29,054 nt of DNA, taken from a virus (Duplodnaviria > Caudoviricetes). Positions 16,703 to 24,542 of this stretch are shown here, piece by piece. The DNA is taken from the IMG/VR virus record IMGVR_UViG_3300020042_011530, positions 1 through 29,054 of that record, one strand, 5' to 3'. The translations under genes and the position numbers were made by a program. A model generated the notes under the pieces. The model searched no databases and was not told where the DNA came from. It was given only the letters and a program-made list of their open reading frames with translations. Position 1 is the first letter of the stretch; each line of letters begins with the position of its first letter.

Positions 16703-17551
16703 ATGTCTTTTCAAATTAGGAAAGCAGAACGAAAAAAGGCTAAGATTAAAGTGGGGTTGGGCGGCCCATCTGGTGCGGGCAAAACTTATTCTGCCCTTAA
16801 GCTTGCGAGCGGGATGGCTCCTTGGGAAAAAATAGTGTTAATTGATACAGAAAACGGAAGTGGGGAGCTTTATTCAAGCCTTGGCCCCTACAATGTTATT
16901 CCATTTAATCCTCCTTTTTCTCCGCAAAGATTTATTGAAGCCATAAACCAATCTGTTGCTGCTGGCATGGAGGTGGCGGTAATAGACTCAACCTCTGCCG
17001 AGTGGGAAGGCATAGGCGGTTGTTTAGAAATTTACAATAAAATGGGTGGGAAGTTTCAAGACTGGGCAAAGATAACCCCAATGCACGATGCTTTCATCGC
17101 AGCAATCTTACAAAGCCCGATACACATTATAACTACCCTTAGAAAAAAACAGGGGTATGAAATGAACAACACAGATGGCAAGGTAAAGGTTCAAAAGGTA
17201 GGGCTTAAAGAAATTCAGCGCGATGGCTTTGAATATGAGTTAACTATTAACTTTGATCTTGAGATGAATCACTTTGCGACTGCATCAAAAGACAGGACTG
17301 GGTTGTTCATGCCTCGTGGCCCCTTTGTTATCACAGAAGAAACAGGCAAAGAGATTGCAGCTTGGGCTACAAGCGGAGCAGAGCCAATTGAGGTAAACAA
17401 AACTCAACACTTAATAGATAATATAGAGGCAATCGTCACTAACTTTGATCTATCAATGCAGGAAAAGATTAGGGCCGCTGTATCAAAGGCCACCAACGAT
17501 GTTGGCCAATTGGAAAAAATACTTGAAAGGGCGCAATCAATAAACCCATGA
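16703..17551 (+). CDS. AAA_24 family ATPase (Sak4-like single-strand annealing protein)
   Basis: KAER...GPSGAGKTYSAL, IDTENGS, VIDS, QRDGFEYE and SKDRTGLF motifs. Clustered with the SSB and YqaJ genes. Confidence 0.88.
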   Translation: MSFQIRKAERKKAKIKVGLGGPSGAGKTYSALKLASGMAPWEKIVLIDTENGSGELYSSLGPYNVIPFNPPFSPQRFIEAINQSVAAGMEVAVIDSTSAEWEGIGGCLEIYNKMGGKFQDWAKITPMHDAFIAAILQSPIHIITTLRKKQGYEMNNTDGKVKVQKVGLKEIQRDGFEYELTINFDLEMNHFATASKDRTGLFMPRGPFVITEETGKEIAAWATSGAEPIEVNKTQHLIDNIEAIVTNFDLSMQEKIRAAVSKATNDVGQLEKILERAQSINP

Positions 17552-18390
17552 GGCAATTTCTAAAGCTATGTGAGATAGTTCAGTCTTATGGTGTGACCTC
17601 TGTAAAGTATTCAAAAGACGATCCGAGGCACGATCCAAAAGATGTCACTAATTCAATCGGTGTAACAAAAAACACCCTTGCTGAGCCTATGCTGCTACAA
17701 GCACGACCCATAGTCTTTATGGAAGAGGCGGGAGATATAAGTGAGTTTAGAAATAGGTTAGTGACAGGAGTTCACGAGGGTAAGCGCGGTCTTCCAACAG
17801 AACACAAAAAACTAGATGCTCCATTTAAAGTTTTTTCCATAGAAAGAATAAACGGCCCATTAGTTTCAACTGATGTAACAAACAACAAGCCCCATGCCAC
17901 AGAAATAAACTGTGTTGTCGTAGAGGAGGTAGAGCCAAAAAAATACAGATTTTTAACTTTGCTTACCTATCCTCAGTATAAAAGATCGTTTGTTCTTGCT
18001 TCAAATAGCGAGGGAGCGTTGGTCGAGTCTTATATCAACAGACTCAACACCGAGCGAGTAGGCTTTGAAAATACAAGGCAATCAATCAAAATTGGAAGCG
18101 GGAAAGAAAAAACAAATCGCCGCATAAGAAAAATAGTATACGTATGTCCTAAAAAAGAATACGAAAAACAAAACGAGAAACTAGGCAAGCAGATTGATTG
18201 GTCCCATAGGTGGCTGGTGCGTGGTCACTGGAGAAAATGCGAAGGCACTCTTGGTAAAGATAGAGAAGGCTTGCACTGCATACCTAATTACACTTGGGTT
18301 GTTGACCACGTTAAGGGTCCAGAGGATAAAATTTTAATAGCAGATAAAACTAGATTAGTTAAAAAAACAGGAGAACAAATACATGTCTAA
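17548..18390 (+). CDS. Conserved phage hypothetical protein (RGHWR motif)
   Basis: 280 aa with C-terminal HRWLVRGHWR...WVxxHxKGP. Overlaps both neighbouring genes. Confidence 0.7.
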   Translation: MRQFLKLCEIVQSYGVTSVKYSKDDPRHDPKDVTNSIGVTKNTLAEPMLLQARPIVFMEEAGDISEFRNRLVTGVHEGKRGLPTEHKKLDAPFKVFSIERINGPLVSTDVTNNKPHATEINCVVVEEVEPKKYRFLTLLTYPQYKRSFVLASNSEGALVESYINRLNTERVGFENTRQSIKIGSGKEKTNRRIRKIVYVCPKKEYEKQNEKLGKQIDWSHRWLVRGHWRKCEGTLGKDREGLHCIPNYTWVVDHVKGPEDKILIADKTRLVKKTGEQIHV

Positions 18391-18874
18391 AATACCGAAC
18401 GGAACCTACCAAGCCACCATCGCAAAAGCCTTCGTTGCAGGCATCGGCAACAACAATACTCAAGCATTTGTCATTGAGTTCTTTATTCCAGACCTTGGCC
18501 AAAGCATCGCATGGAATGGTTGGATGACAGAGAAGGCTTACGAGAGAACACTCGAACAACTTGCAAAGCTTGGTTTTGATGAAACAAAACCACAAGTAAA
18601 CGTGGCAGGGTTTCCTAGCTATGCGCCAACTCACTTTGAGATTAAAACTGTTGAGTTAGTAATAGAAGCTGAGCCAGATCTCAAAGATCCAACTAAGTCT
18701 TGGCCACGAGTAAAGTGGATTAACCTACCTCAACAAGAAAAGTTTAAAAATCCCCCTGTTAAGGGTGCACTTCCTGCTGACTTCAAAGCACAACTTGCAG
18801 GAGCGCGAGCTAAGCTTGGAATAAAAAAAAGTCCAGTGAAGACAACAGCGACAGAAGAACCCTTTCCCTTTTAG
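18383..18874 (+). CDS. Putative single-stranded DNA-binding protein (DUF669-like)
   Basis: IPxGTYQAxI start and acidic-aromatic tail EEPFPF. Lies near the Sak4-like gene. Confidence 0.75.
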   Translation: MSKIPNGTYQATIAKAFVAGIGNNNTQAFVIEFFIPDLGQSIAWNGWMTEKAYERTLEQLAKLGFDETKPQVNVAGFPSYAPTHFEIKTVELVIEAEPDLKDPTKSWPRVKWINLPQQEKFKNPPVKGALPADFKAQLAGARAKLGIKKSPVKTTATEEPFPF

Positions 18875-18908
18875 TCGAGTCACTTAAAAGAAACGGTTAG
18901 GGGGGTAC

Positions 18909-19511
18909 GTGCAAAGAAAAGACTGGCTTAAGTGGCGCTTAGATCGAATTTGCGCATCAGATGTGCCCATTCTTTATGGCGTATCTAAGTATAAAAAATA
19001 CCATGAACTTCTTGATGAAAAAGTTAGGCAGGTTGTTGTTGATACTCCACCTAACTTTGTACAACAAAAAGGAGTTGAGCTTGAGGTAAAACTAAGGGCT
19101 TATTTTTCTCTTCACTGTCTAACTGAAATGGGTATTGATGATCCATTTGAGGCTGAACTTGTGGAGCACCCAAAGAAAAAATATATGGGAGCTTCGCTTG
19201 ATGGCTTTAGTAAAGACAAGAAAATAATAATGGAAGCAAAGTACGTTGGTAAAAAGGTGCTACAGGCAGGCGTTGTTCCTGTTGCGTATCTCTTTCAGAT
19301 TTATCATCAGTTGTACGTGTCAGGAGCAGAGCAAGCGTATTGTGTAATGGGAGATGGGACTAACGTAAAAGTTATCCCTGTACTTCCCGATGACTCATTC
19401 ATTGATCTACATAAGAGAAAATGCAAAGAGTTCTGGGCACTTGTAGAGGCTAACAGGAAAGAGCGGGAGCTAGGAGATCGACAAAATGATTGTTTACGGA
19501 ATAATATCTAA
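18909..19511 (+). CDS. YqaJ / lambda-exonuclease family recombinase nuclease
   Basis: WLxWR...I.ASD, G..LE, ASLDG, EAK and YxxQxxHQLxV motifs. Confidence 0.9.
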   Translation: MQRKDWLKWRLDRICASDVPILYGVSKYKKYHELLDEKVRQVVVDTPPNFVQQKGVELEVKLRAYFSLHCLTEMGIDDPFEAELVEHPKKKYMGASLDGFSKDKKIIMEAKYVGKKVLQAGVVPVAYLFQIYHQLYVSGAEQAYCVMGDGTNVKVIPVLPDDSFIDLHKRKCKEFWALVEANRKERELGDRQNDCLRNNI

Positions 19512-20037
19512 GAAAACAAAAAAAGTTTTATACGTTGGGCAAACATTGGGGCTTAGATTCAGGCTTAAACATCATTTTCATTCAACGAAAAGTCCGTTTT
19601 TTGATCCAGAGGCTAAAAGATTTTCTTATAATGTTTTGTATAGAGCTAAGGGCCTTAAGGATTTATCCAAAAAAGAATCTGATTTGATTAAATACTATAA
19701 GGCTAGAGGCCAATGTAAATACAACACCACCATAAACATAATATCTAGAAGCACCAAATTACCCGACGTAGGGATCTATGTTAAAGGATTAAGGCGAGAG
19801 TTTAGGTCTGCTATAGCTGCGGCCAGTTTTTTTAAAGCCTCGCCACAAACGGTATTGGCTATTGCTTCGGCCAAAGACAGTATTCTCAAGGGAGACAGGT
19901 CCTATAAGTTAAACATAGTTTATAGAAATAAATCTCAAAAAAAACACGAGCACAAGGACTATAAAAAAGTATTTTTAGATGAACAAATCCACGGCTGCCC
20001 TGTTTGTGGTTCTGTTAAGAAAAGAAAAACCAAATGA
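19486..20037 (+). CDS. GIY-YIG endonuclease with a NUMOD1-like DNA-binding segment
   Basis: IVYGI...LYVGQT...R..HH...E..LI...YN, followed by EFRSAIAAASFF. Confidence 0.8.
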   Translation: MIVYGIISKKTKKVLYVGQTLGLRFRLKHHFHSTKSPFFDPEAKRFSYNVLYRAKGLKDLSKKESDLIKYYKARGQCKYNTTINIISRSTKLPDVGIYVKGLRREFRSAIAAASFFKASPQTVLAIASAKDSILKGDRSYKLNIVYRNKSQKKHEHKDYKKVFLDEQIHGCPVCGSVKKRKTK

Positions 20038-20081
20038 AAACTCTTTGTGTTTTAGGGTGTTATGTCGAGACAAGAAAAAAC

Positions 20082-20117
20082 TTGACCCCTTTCTGTAAGC
20101 GGCTTACAATAAGGTCA
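20082..20117 (+). promoter_or_regulatory. Sigma70 promoter embedded in a palindrome
   Basis: TTGACC (20082-87), a 17-nt spacer and TACAAT (20105-10). The perfect palindrome TGTAAGC-G-GCTTACA spans 20094-20108. Confidence 0.7.
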
Positions 20118-20130
20118 GAGGTACAAATAA

Positions 20131-20487
20131 ATGAAACTTAAACTCATAACTCTTTTCGTGTTATTAACTTCATGCGGAGGATCAGGGGGAGGTGGGGGTT
20201 CTGCTTCTAACAGCCCCATCTCTGGATCTTGGCTTGAGCAGCTCCCTAACCCTGCATACAATATCTATGTAGCTATTGGCGGTAGTTCTTTCACTATCCA
20301 ACAATCTACTTGCACCATTACAGGTAACTACACAGTAGACGCTAACTTCATCCATGTAACAAATGCTAACGAGTCTCCAGCGTGTGCTGCAACATCAAGC
20401 TCTTTTGATTGCACGTACTCCATGAGTTCCAACAACCAGCTATCAATAAGCTGTCCAAACTTCAGCTCGAATTTACAGAGGCAGTAA
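20131..20487 (+). CDS. Lipoprotein
   Basis: Signal peptide with lipobox LTSC, a Gly/Ser linker, and a small beta domain with 4 further Cys. Confidence 0.85.
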   Translation: MKLKLITLFVLLTSCGGSGGGGGSASNSPISGSWLEQLPNPAYNIYVAIGGSSFTIQQSTCTITGNYTVDANFIHVTNANESPACAATSSSFDCTYSMSSNNQLSISCPNFSSNLQRQ

Positions 20488-20488
20488 T

Positions 20489-20557
20489 ATGAAAAACGTT
20501 CTATTTATAGCAGCCCTTACAGCATTTGTTATTATCGGGACGAGGGAGATGAAATGA
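20489..20557 (+). CDS. Small hydrophobic peptide (22 aa)
   Basis: MKNVLFIAALTAFVIIGTREMK. GAGG SD and ATGA overlap with the next ORF. Confidence 0.45.
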   Translation: MKNVLFIAALTAFVIIGTREMK

Positions 20558-20706
20558 ACAAAAACATAAAGAAATATCTAGCCTCTATAGGAGCCAAAGG
20601 TGGATCAGTTAAGTCAGAAGCAAAGAAAAAAGCCACAGCCGAAAGTCTCAAGAAAGCAAGGGATGTAAAAAAGAAAGGCAGCAAGGATGCTACTAGAAAT
20701 GATTAA
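20554..20706 (+). CDS. Small basic KGG-motif protein (50 aa)
   Basis: MNKNIKKYLASIGAKGGSVKSEAKKKA... with a GGGAG SD. Confidence 0.65.
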   Translation: MNKNIKKYLASIGAKGGSVKSEAKKKATAESLKKARDVKKKGSKDATRND

Positions 20707-20806
20707 GAACCTTGGCTGGATAGGCTGGCTAATTGTCTGGCTTATATCAGCCTTAATACTGTTACTACTAAACTTCTTGTTTTTTGAAGGCATAGGTAAA
20801 GACTAA
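20687..20806 (+). CDS. Small single-pass membrane protein (39 aa)
   Basis: MLLEMIKNLGWIGWLIVWLISALILLLLNFLFFEGIGKD. TAATG coupling to the next ORF. Confidence 0.55.
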   Translation: MLLEMIKNLGWIGWLIVWLISALILLLLNFLFFEGIGKD

Positions 20807-20985
20807 TGGCACAGACTGAAATGAATTGCTTAGATTGTGGGCACATGGAGTTTGATAATTTTATTAGAACCTGTTGCCCAGCTTGTACCAGCGAAAGGAT
20901 TTGCATAAATGCTGATGAAGACTTTAATAGAAATGATAATGAAGAAACTGAGATCGAAGAAGCTAGTGATGCCGATGCACCTTGA
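20806..20985 (+). CDS. Small Zn-ribbon protein with acidic tail (59 aa)
   Basis: CLDC...CPAC followed by a D/E-rich C-terminus. Confidence 0.7.
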   Translation: MAQTEMNCLDCGHMEFDNFIRTCCPACTSERICINADEDFNRNDNEETEIEEASDADAP

Positions 20986-21053
20986 ACAAGCAAGCAAAGC
21001 GCTCGCTCAACGTAAGCTTCCAGTGCTAAAGAAAAGCTAAGGAGAAACAACAA

Positions 21054-21617
21054 ATGAGAAAAATAGAAAAGAAACTAGAGCTATATCTAGAAGATAAACT
21101 TAAAAACAATGGGCTTTATAAAATAGCACTTGAGAATAAAGATGCAAGAACTCTTTTTAGACTAGCTGCTGAGGCCTGTGTTGGTGAGACAGAAGTTACA
21201 CACAACAAGTCACCACTCATTGAATTGTTGCAAAAAACCGTGGACGGTTCGGCAGACAGAGAGCCTTATTGTATGGCAGGAATACAATCTTGGCTCAGCT
21301 TTGCTGAGAAAAAAACGGGCATCAAGTCACCCATCTACGCAACAGAACATTGTATGACATGCTGGAATAACACTCCAAAATCATCACGAGTTAAAAAAAT
21401 ACCAGCTACAGGAGCAATCATTATTTGGAAACGTGGCAACACTTCGAGTGGTCACACAGGGGTTATGCTTTCATGGGGCGGCACAAAAATGGACACATGT
21501 GAGGCGAATACTGGAAGTGCAAACATGTCAGAGGGAGATGGGATATTTTATAAAACACGTTCAACTACAGCTACAGGTTCGCTTAAAGTTGTTGGGTTTT
21601 TAAAACCTTTTGTATGA
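21054..21617 (+). CDS. CHAP-domain peptidoglycan hydrolase (probable endolysin)
   Basis: EPYCMA (catalytic Cys), GAIIIW, SGHTG (catalytic His), EANT and terminal GFLKP. AAGGAG SD. Confidence 0.82.
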   Translation: MRKIEKKLELYLEDKLKNNGLYKIALENKDARTLFRLAAEACVGETEVTHNKSPLIELLQKTVDGSADREPYCMAGIQSWLSFAEKKTGIKSPIYATEHCMTCWNNTPKSSRVKKIPATGAIIIWKRGNTSSGHTGVMLSWGGTKMDTCEANTGSANMSEGDGIFYKTRSTTATGSLKVVGFLKPFV

Positions 21618-21766
21618 CACTCGACCACATATTCTACATAGCGTTTTTCATGCTCGGCCTATCAATATCCGAACTAATGCACGCGATATTTGATAGAGGA
21701 TATTTGAAAAGGATAGCGATTGCTCTTGAGAAGTATCAGAAAGACTTCGAGGAAGTTAAGAGATGA
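21614..21766 (+). CDS. Small membrane protein (50 aa)
   Basis: MTLDHIFYIAFFMLGLSISELMH... with ATGA overlaps at both ends. Confidence 0.55.
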   Translation: MTLDHIFYIAFFMLGLSISELMHAIFDRGYLKRIAIALEKYQKDFEEVKR

Positions 21767-22017
21767 AAGCTGTAGCCGATCTAATAACTGAGTTCCAAAT
21801 AAATCTTTCAGCACATACCGCTAACGAAAGACCTGTTGTAAAAATTGTTTTAGACGCTCGTTTATTCAACACTCTTTGTAGAGAGATGAACGAGTTATCT
21901 ATTTATAAAGCGCAATCATCAATCTCTTATCTGAGCGGTAAAGCAAGGTTTAGGGGTATAGAGATAGAGTCATCAAAAGAGCGCGAGTTATCCGCGAATA
22001 AAGAAAGTGGTGAGTGA
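21763..22017 (+). CDS. Hypothetical protein
   Basis: 84-aa ORF with a GAGG SD. Confidence 0.6.
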   Translation: MKAVADLITEFQINLSAHTANERPVVKIVLDARLFNTLCREMNELSIYKAQSSISYLSGKARFRGIEIESSKERELSANKESGE

Positions 22018-22020
22018 GAT

Positions 22021-22089
22021 ATGAGTGACGGACAATTGTTAGTAATATGTATGACTGCAATTGCAGTAGTTTTTATTTGGAGAAATTAA
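22021..22089 (+). CDS. Small hydrophobic peptide (22 aa)
   Basis: MSDGQLLVICMTAIAVVFIWRN fills the gap between the flanking ORFs almost exactly. Confidence 0.45.
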   Translation: MSDGQLLVICMTAIAVVFIWRN

Positions 22090-22090
22090 A

Positions 22091-22399
22091 ATGACCACGA
22101 CTGCGAGAGAGCTGTTTGAAAAATACGCAGATAAAAATAGTGGATGGGGAGCGTTGGTTGTTCCAAACAATCCAGATGCGCCTATAGATGAAAGCAATCA
22201 CAAGTGGAGAAAAGAACATTTAAAAACATGGGAAGCAGCATTTGAACAAGGCCGCGAATCGGTTTTGAACGAGATAAAAAGAATAAGCGATGAGTTTAAA
22301 ACTTGTGATGATATTGAAAGAAAACTTATTGGTATAGGCCATGAACATTTATATAATCATCTCGCAAAGCTAAAGGAGCCGACATGTCATATCAAATGA
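22091..22399 (+). CDS. Hypothetical protein
   Basis: 102-aa ORF with a GGAG SD. Confidence 0.65.
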   Translation: MTTTARELFEKYADKNSGWGALVVPNNPDAPIDESNHKWRKEHLKTWEAAFEQGRESVLNEIKRISDEFKTCDDIERKLIGIGHEHLYNHLAKLKEPTCHIK

Positions 22400-22412
22400 T
22401 ATTAACGAATTA

Positions 22413-22676
22413 GTGATATCAAATGATATAAGCGCACCGACGAGCGAGGGGTTTGAGGAGTGGGAATTAACTGAGCTTACGATAGACGATAAAACCACAA
22501 GAGATTTATGTCGTATAGCTTTTAAAGCAGGCCAAGCCTCGCGCAATATCAGGCTGCCTGAGAGAATGTATGGAAAACCACCGCTATTGTTTCATGTTAA
22601 AGGATGCGACTACGAAAATGGTTTTAACGATTGCAGAGAACAAGTGATCGCTATGAATAAGGAAGTGGAGAAATGA
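22413..22676 (+). CDS. Hypothetical protein
   Basis: 87 aa with FEEW...AFKAG...GFNDC motifs typical of phage early accessory proteins. Confidence 0.6.
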   Translation: MISNDISAPTSEGFEEWELTELTIDDKTTRDLCRIAFKAGQASRNIRLPERMYGKPPLLFHVKGCDYENGFNDCREQVIAMNKEVEK

Positions 22677-22891
22677 AACTCAAGAAAAACCAGATATTTC
22701 AAAACAAACACAACGCCCTTGTGATGATATTAAAAGCCAGAAAGAAAAGGGGAGGTATTGTTAAAGGAGACTTTTGGGAGATAGATATATCTCCAGAGAT
22801 GACTAAGAAGTATTTTCAACATCCAGAAGACCGTATGGTGATACACTCTAAAACCATTAAGCTTCATTGGCATTACATAGGGCCGTTATGA
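22673..22891 (+). CDS. Hypothetical protein
   Basis: 72 aa, GGAG SD, ATGA overlaps at both ends. Confidence 0.6.
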   Translation: MKLKKNQIFQNKHNALVMILKARKKRGGIVKGDFWEIDISPEMTKKYFQHPEDRMVIHSKTIKLHWHYIGPL

Positions 22892-23142
22892 GTAAACAAA
22901 CTCTAAAGGAAATTGAGGATGAAATAGATGCTGACACTAGGAAAGTGTTGGGGCTTTTGATGATGCCCGAAGAACTCGAAGCAGACCTAGCTCGCCTTAA
23001 GGATATGGATAAGCCGCCTGTCGTATGGACTATGTGGAATATAAAGAAACTCATTTGGTTGTATGAGCAGATGCTTGCAAATAGCAAGGCTTCTGATACC
23101 GTGAATAATACAAGTCTAAAAGAAAGGGGAGATAATATATGA
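22888..23142 (+). CDS. Hypothetical protein
   Basis: ATG at 22888 overlaps the upstream stop (MSKQTLKE...). Confidence 0.6.
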   Translation: MSKQTLKEIEDEIDADTRKVLGLLMMPEELEADLARLKDMDKPPVVWTMWNIKKLIWLYEQMLANSKASDTVNNTSLKERGDNI

Positions 23143-23198
23143 AAAAGAAAGCAAAAGTTAAAGTTGTAGTTAAAAAACCAGCTAAGAAAAAGAAGTAA
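23139..23198 (+). CDS. Lys-rich micropeptide MKKKAKVKVVVKKPAKKKK
   Basis: AAGGGGAG SD and ATGA overlap. Last ORF of the plus-strand operon. Confidence 0.5.
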   Translation: MKKKAKVKVVVKKPAKKKK

Positions 23199-23222
23199 TC
23201 TCAATTAGCCAGTGCTGTATTC

Positions 23223-23498
23223 CTACTCGCTGGCTTCCTCAACTAATTCAACGTCTCGGTAATGACTCACTACGTACTGCTCAACTAATACATCACAGAA
23301 AGGGAGATACTCCCTGTCACCATTCGCAAGTTTTCTGTAGATACCAAACTTCCATAGCTCTTCAGTGCAGTGTTCTTTGGGAATACTTTCTATTAAAAAG
23401 ATCGGGCCTTTAAATCGAGGGGTCAAAGTCGTACACGCGCTAAGAAAAAAACAGAAAGAAATAGAAAGAGATACATAATAAGGAAGCCTAATTCTCAT
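23223..23498 (-). CDS. Lipoprotein, candidate o-spanin
   Basis: From the ATG at 23498: MRIRLPYYVSLSISFCFFLSA-C (lipobox LSAC). Last gene of the membrane-protein cluster and overlaps the upstream gene. Confidence 0.6.
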   Translation of the reverse strand: MRIRLPYYVSLSISFCFFLSACTTLTPRFKGPIFLIESIPKEHCTEELWKFGIYRKLANGDREYLPFCDVLVEQYVVSHYRDVELVEEASE

Positions 23499-23712
23499 CG
23501 CGTTTAACAACCTTAACCCCTTGATGACCACTTGGGGCGCCAGCGCTATCTTCTATTGCCCTCTGGTCACCTTTAAGTATCGCACTCTCAATGGCTTTTT
23601 TAAATGAGTCTCGTTGACTCTTTTTCTCATGCTCAATAAGTGCAGCCACAATAAAGCTCAGTAGCTTTTCAATGGCAGGTATTGCTGCTAGTAGGGCTGT
23701 GAGTAGGTTCAT
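23488..23712 (-). CDS. Membrane-anchored protein, candidate i-spanin
   Basis: Hydrophobic N-terminus followed by a charged helix. Overlaps the lipoprotein gene. Confidence 0.5.
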   Translation of the reverse strand: MNLLTALLAAIPAIEKLLSFIVAALIEHEKKSQRDSFKKAIESAILKGDQRAIEDSAGAPSGHQGVKVVKRDEN

Positions 23713-23958
23713 TTATTTTTTTAAAGGCTTAACGCTTCCAAGGTAATCCAAAAGAAACATCACAGCCTTATACACCTTAGATGTTTCTACTTTAACAAGT
23801 AGCTCGTTGTCTTTAGGTGATTCGGTAGATTCTACAATAGACTTCAAAGCTACCATCACTGGCTTGACGATAATTCTTATCAAACCAACAACAGCCACGA
23901 TAGATCCCAATACAGGGTACTTAGAAACAAGTTCAATGATAATTACTGATAAATCCAT
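23713..23958 (-). CDS. Holin-like membrane protein
   Basis: Hydrophobic segment VLGSIVAVVGLIRIIV, a TxSxKDNELL motif seen in small holin-like proteins, and a basic C-terminus. Confidence 0.55.
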   Translation of the reverse strand: MDLSVIIIELVSKYPVLGSIVAVVGLIRIIVKPVMVALKSIVESTESPKDNELLVKVETSKVYKAVMFLLDYLGSVKPLKK

Positions 23959-23967
23959 ACCTTTATC

Positions 23968-24255
23968 TTAAGGCGATTTCTCAAGTTTTCGTAGCTTTTC
24001 ATGCGCCTTGGCAACATCTTCTGGCAATCTTTGAAGTGGTCTGATCTGCTCCATGAGTAACTTAATCTGGCCCTGAAGTTCTATAATGGATTTATCTAGT
24101 GTCAAAATAGCGACAGTGTTCTTCTCTGTCTCAGAGTCTTGCTTATCATGGCGCTTATTGTAATTACTCCACAGCTCTCTAAGTAACCACGCTAGTAGCA
24201 CCCACATTGCAGGCTCTACGTATTTTGCTGTGATTAACCCTTCTTCTATTGCCAT
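23968..24255 (-). CDS. Single-TM coiled-coil protein (lysis cluster)
   Basis: AMWVLLAWLL hydrophobic segment followed by heptad repeats. Confidence 0.6.
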   Translation of the reverse strand: MAIEEGLITAKYVEPAMWVLLAWLLRELWSNYNKRHDKQDSETEKNTVAILTLDKSIIELQGQIKLLMEQIRPLQRLPEDVAKAHEKLRKLEKSP

Positions 24256-24275
24256 TGTGTTTATAGAATAACCTT

Positions 24276-24542
24276 ATGTTAGAAAAAATACAGCTCGTCC
24301 AAACAAGGATTGCAGAGCTTGAGGATCTACTTGAGAAGGCTCGTACTGGTAAAAAGTATGCTGATCTTAAATGGACTGAAGCGCTGCTTAACTTAAACAA
24401 GAAGGTACTCGCACAACTCATGCAGGGACTTCCCATAGAGTTCTATAAGATGCCAGAAGCACCTGATTCAAGATCAACCTTACGAGGTTTTTTTTTAAGC
24501 AAAGACCAGGTAATTGAACCCTTTGTTAGTGTTTGGAACTAA
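24276..24542 (+). CDS. Hypothetical protein, antisense to the late operon
   Basis: 88-aa helical ORF that fills the gap between the tail fibre and the lysis cluster. Confidence 0.55.
   Translation: MLEKIQLVQTRIAELEDLLEKARTGKKYADLKWTEALLNLNKKVLAQLMQGLPIEFYKMPEAPDSRSTLRGFFLSKDQVIEPFVSVWN

Noticed and set aside
20742-21053. 103-aa minus-strand ORF
   Set aside because: The region is better explained by coupled plus-strand small ORFs (membrane peptide and Zn-ribbon).
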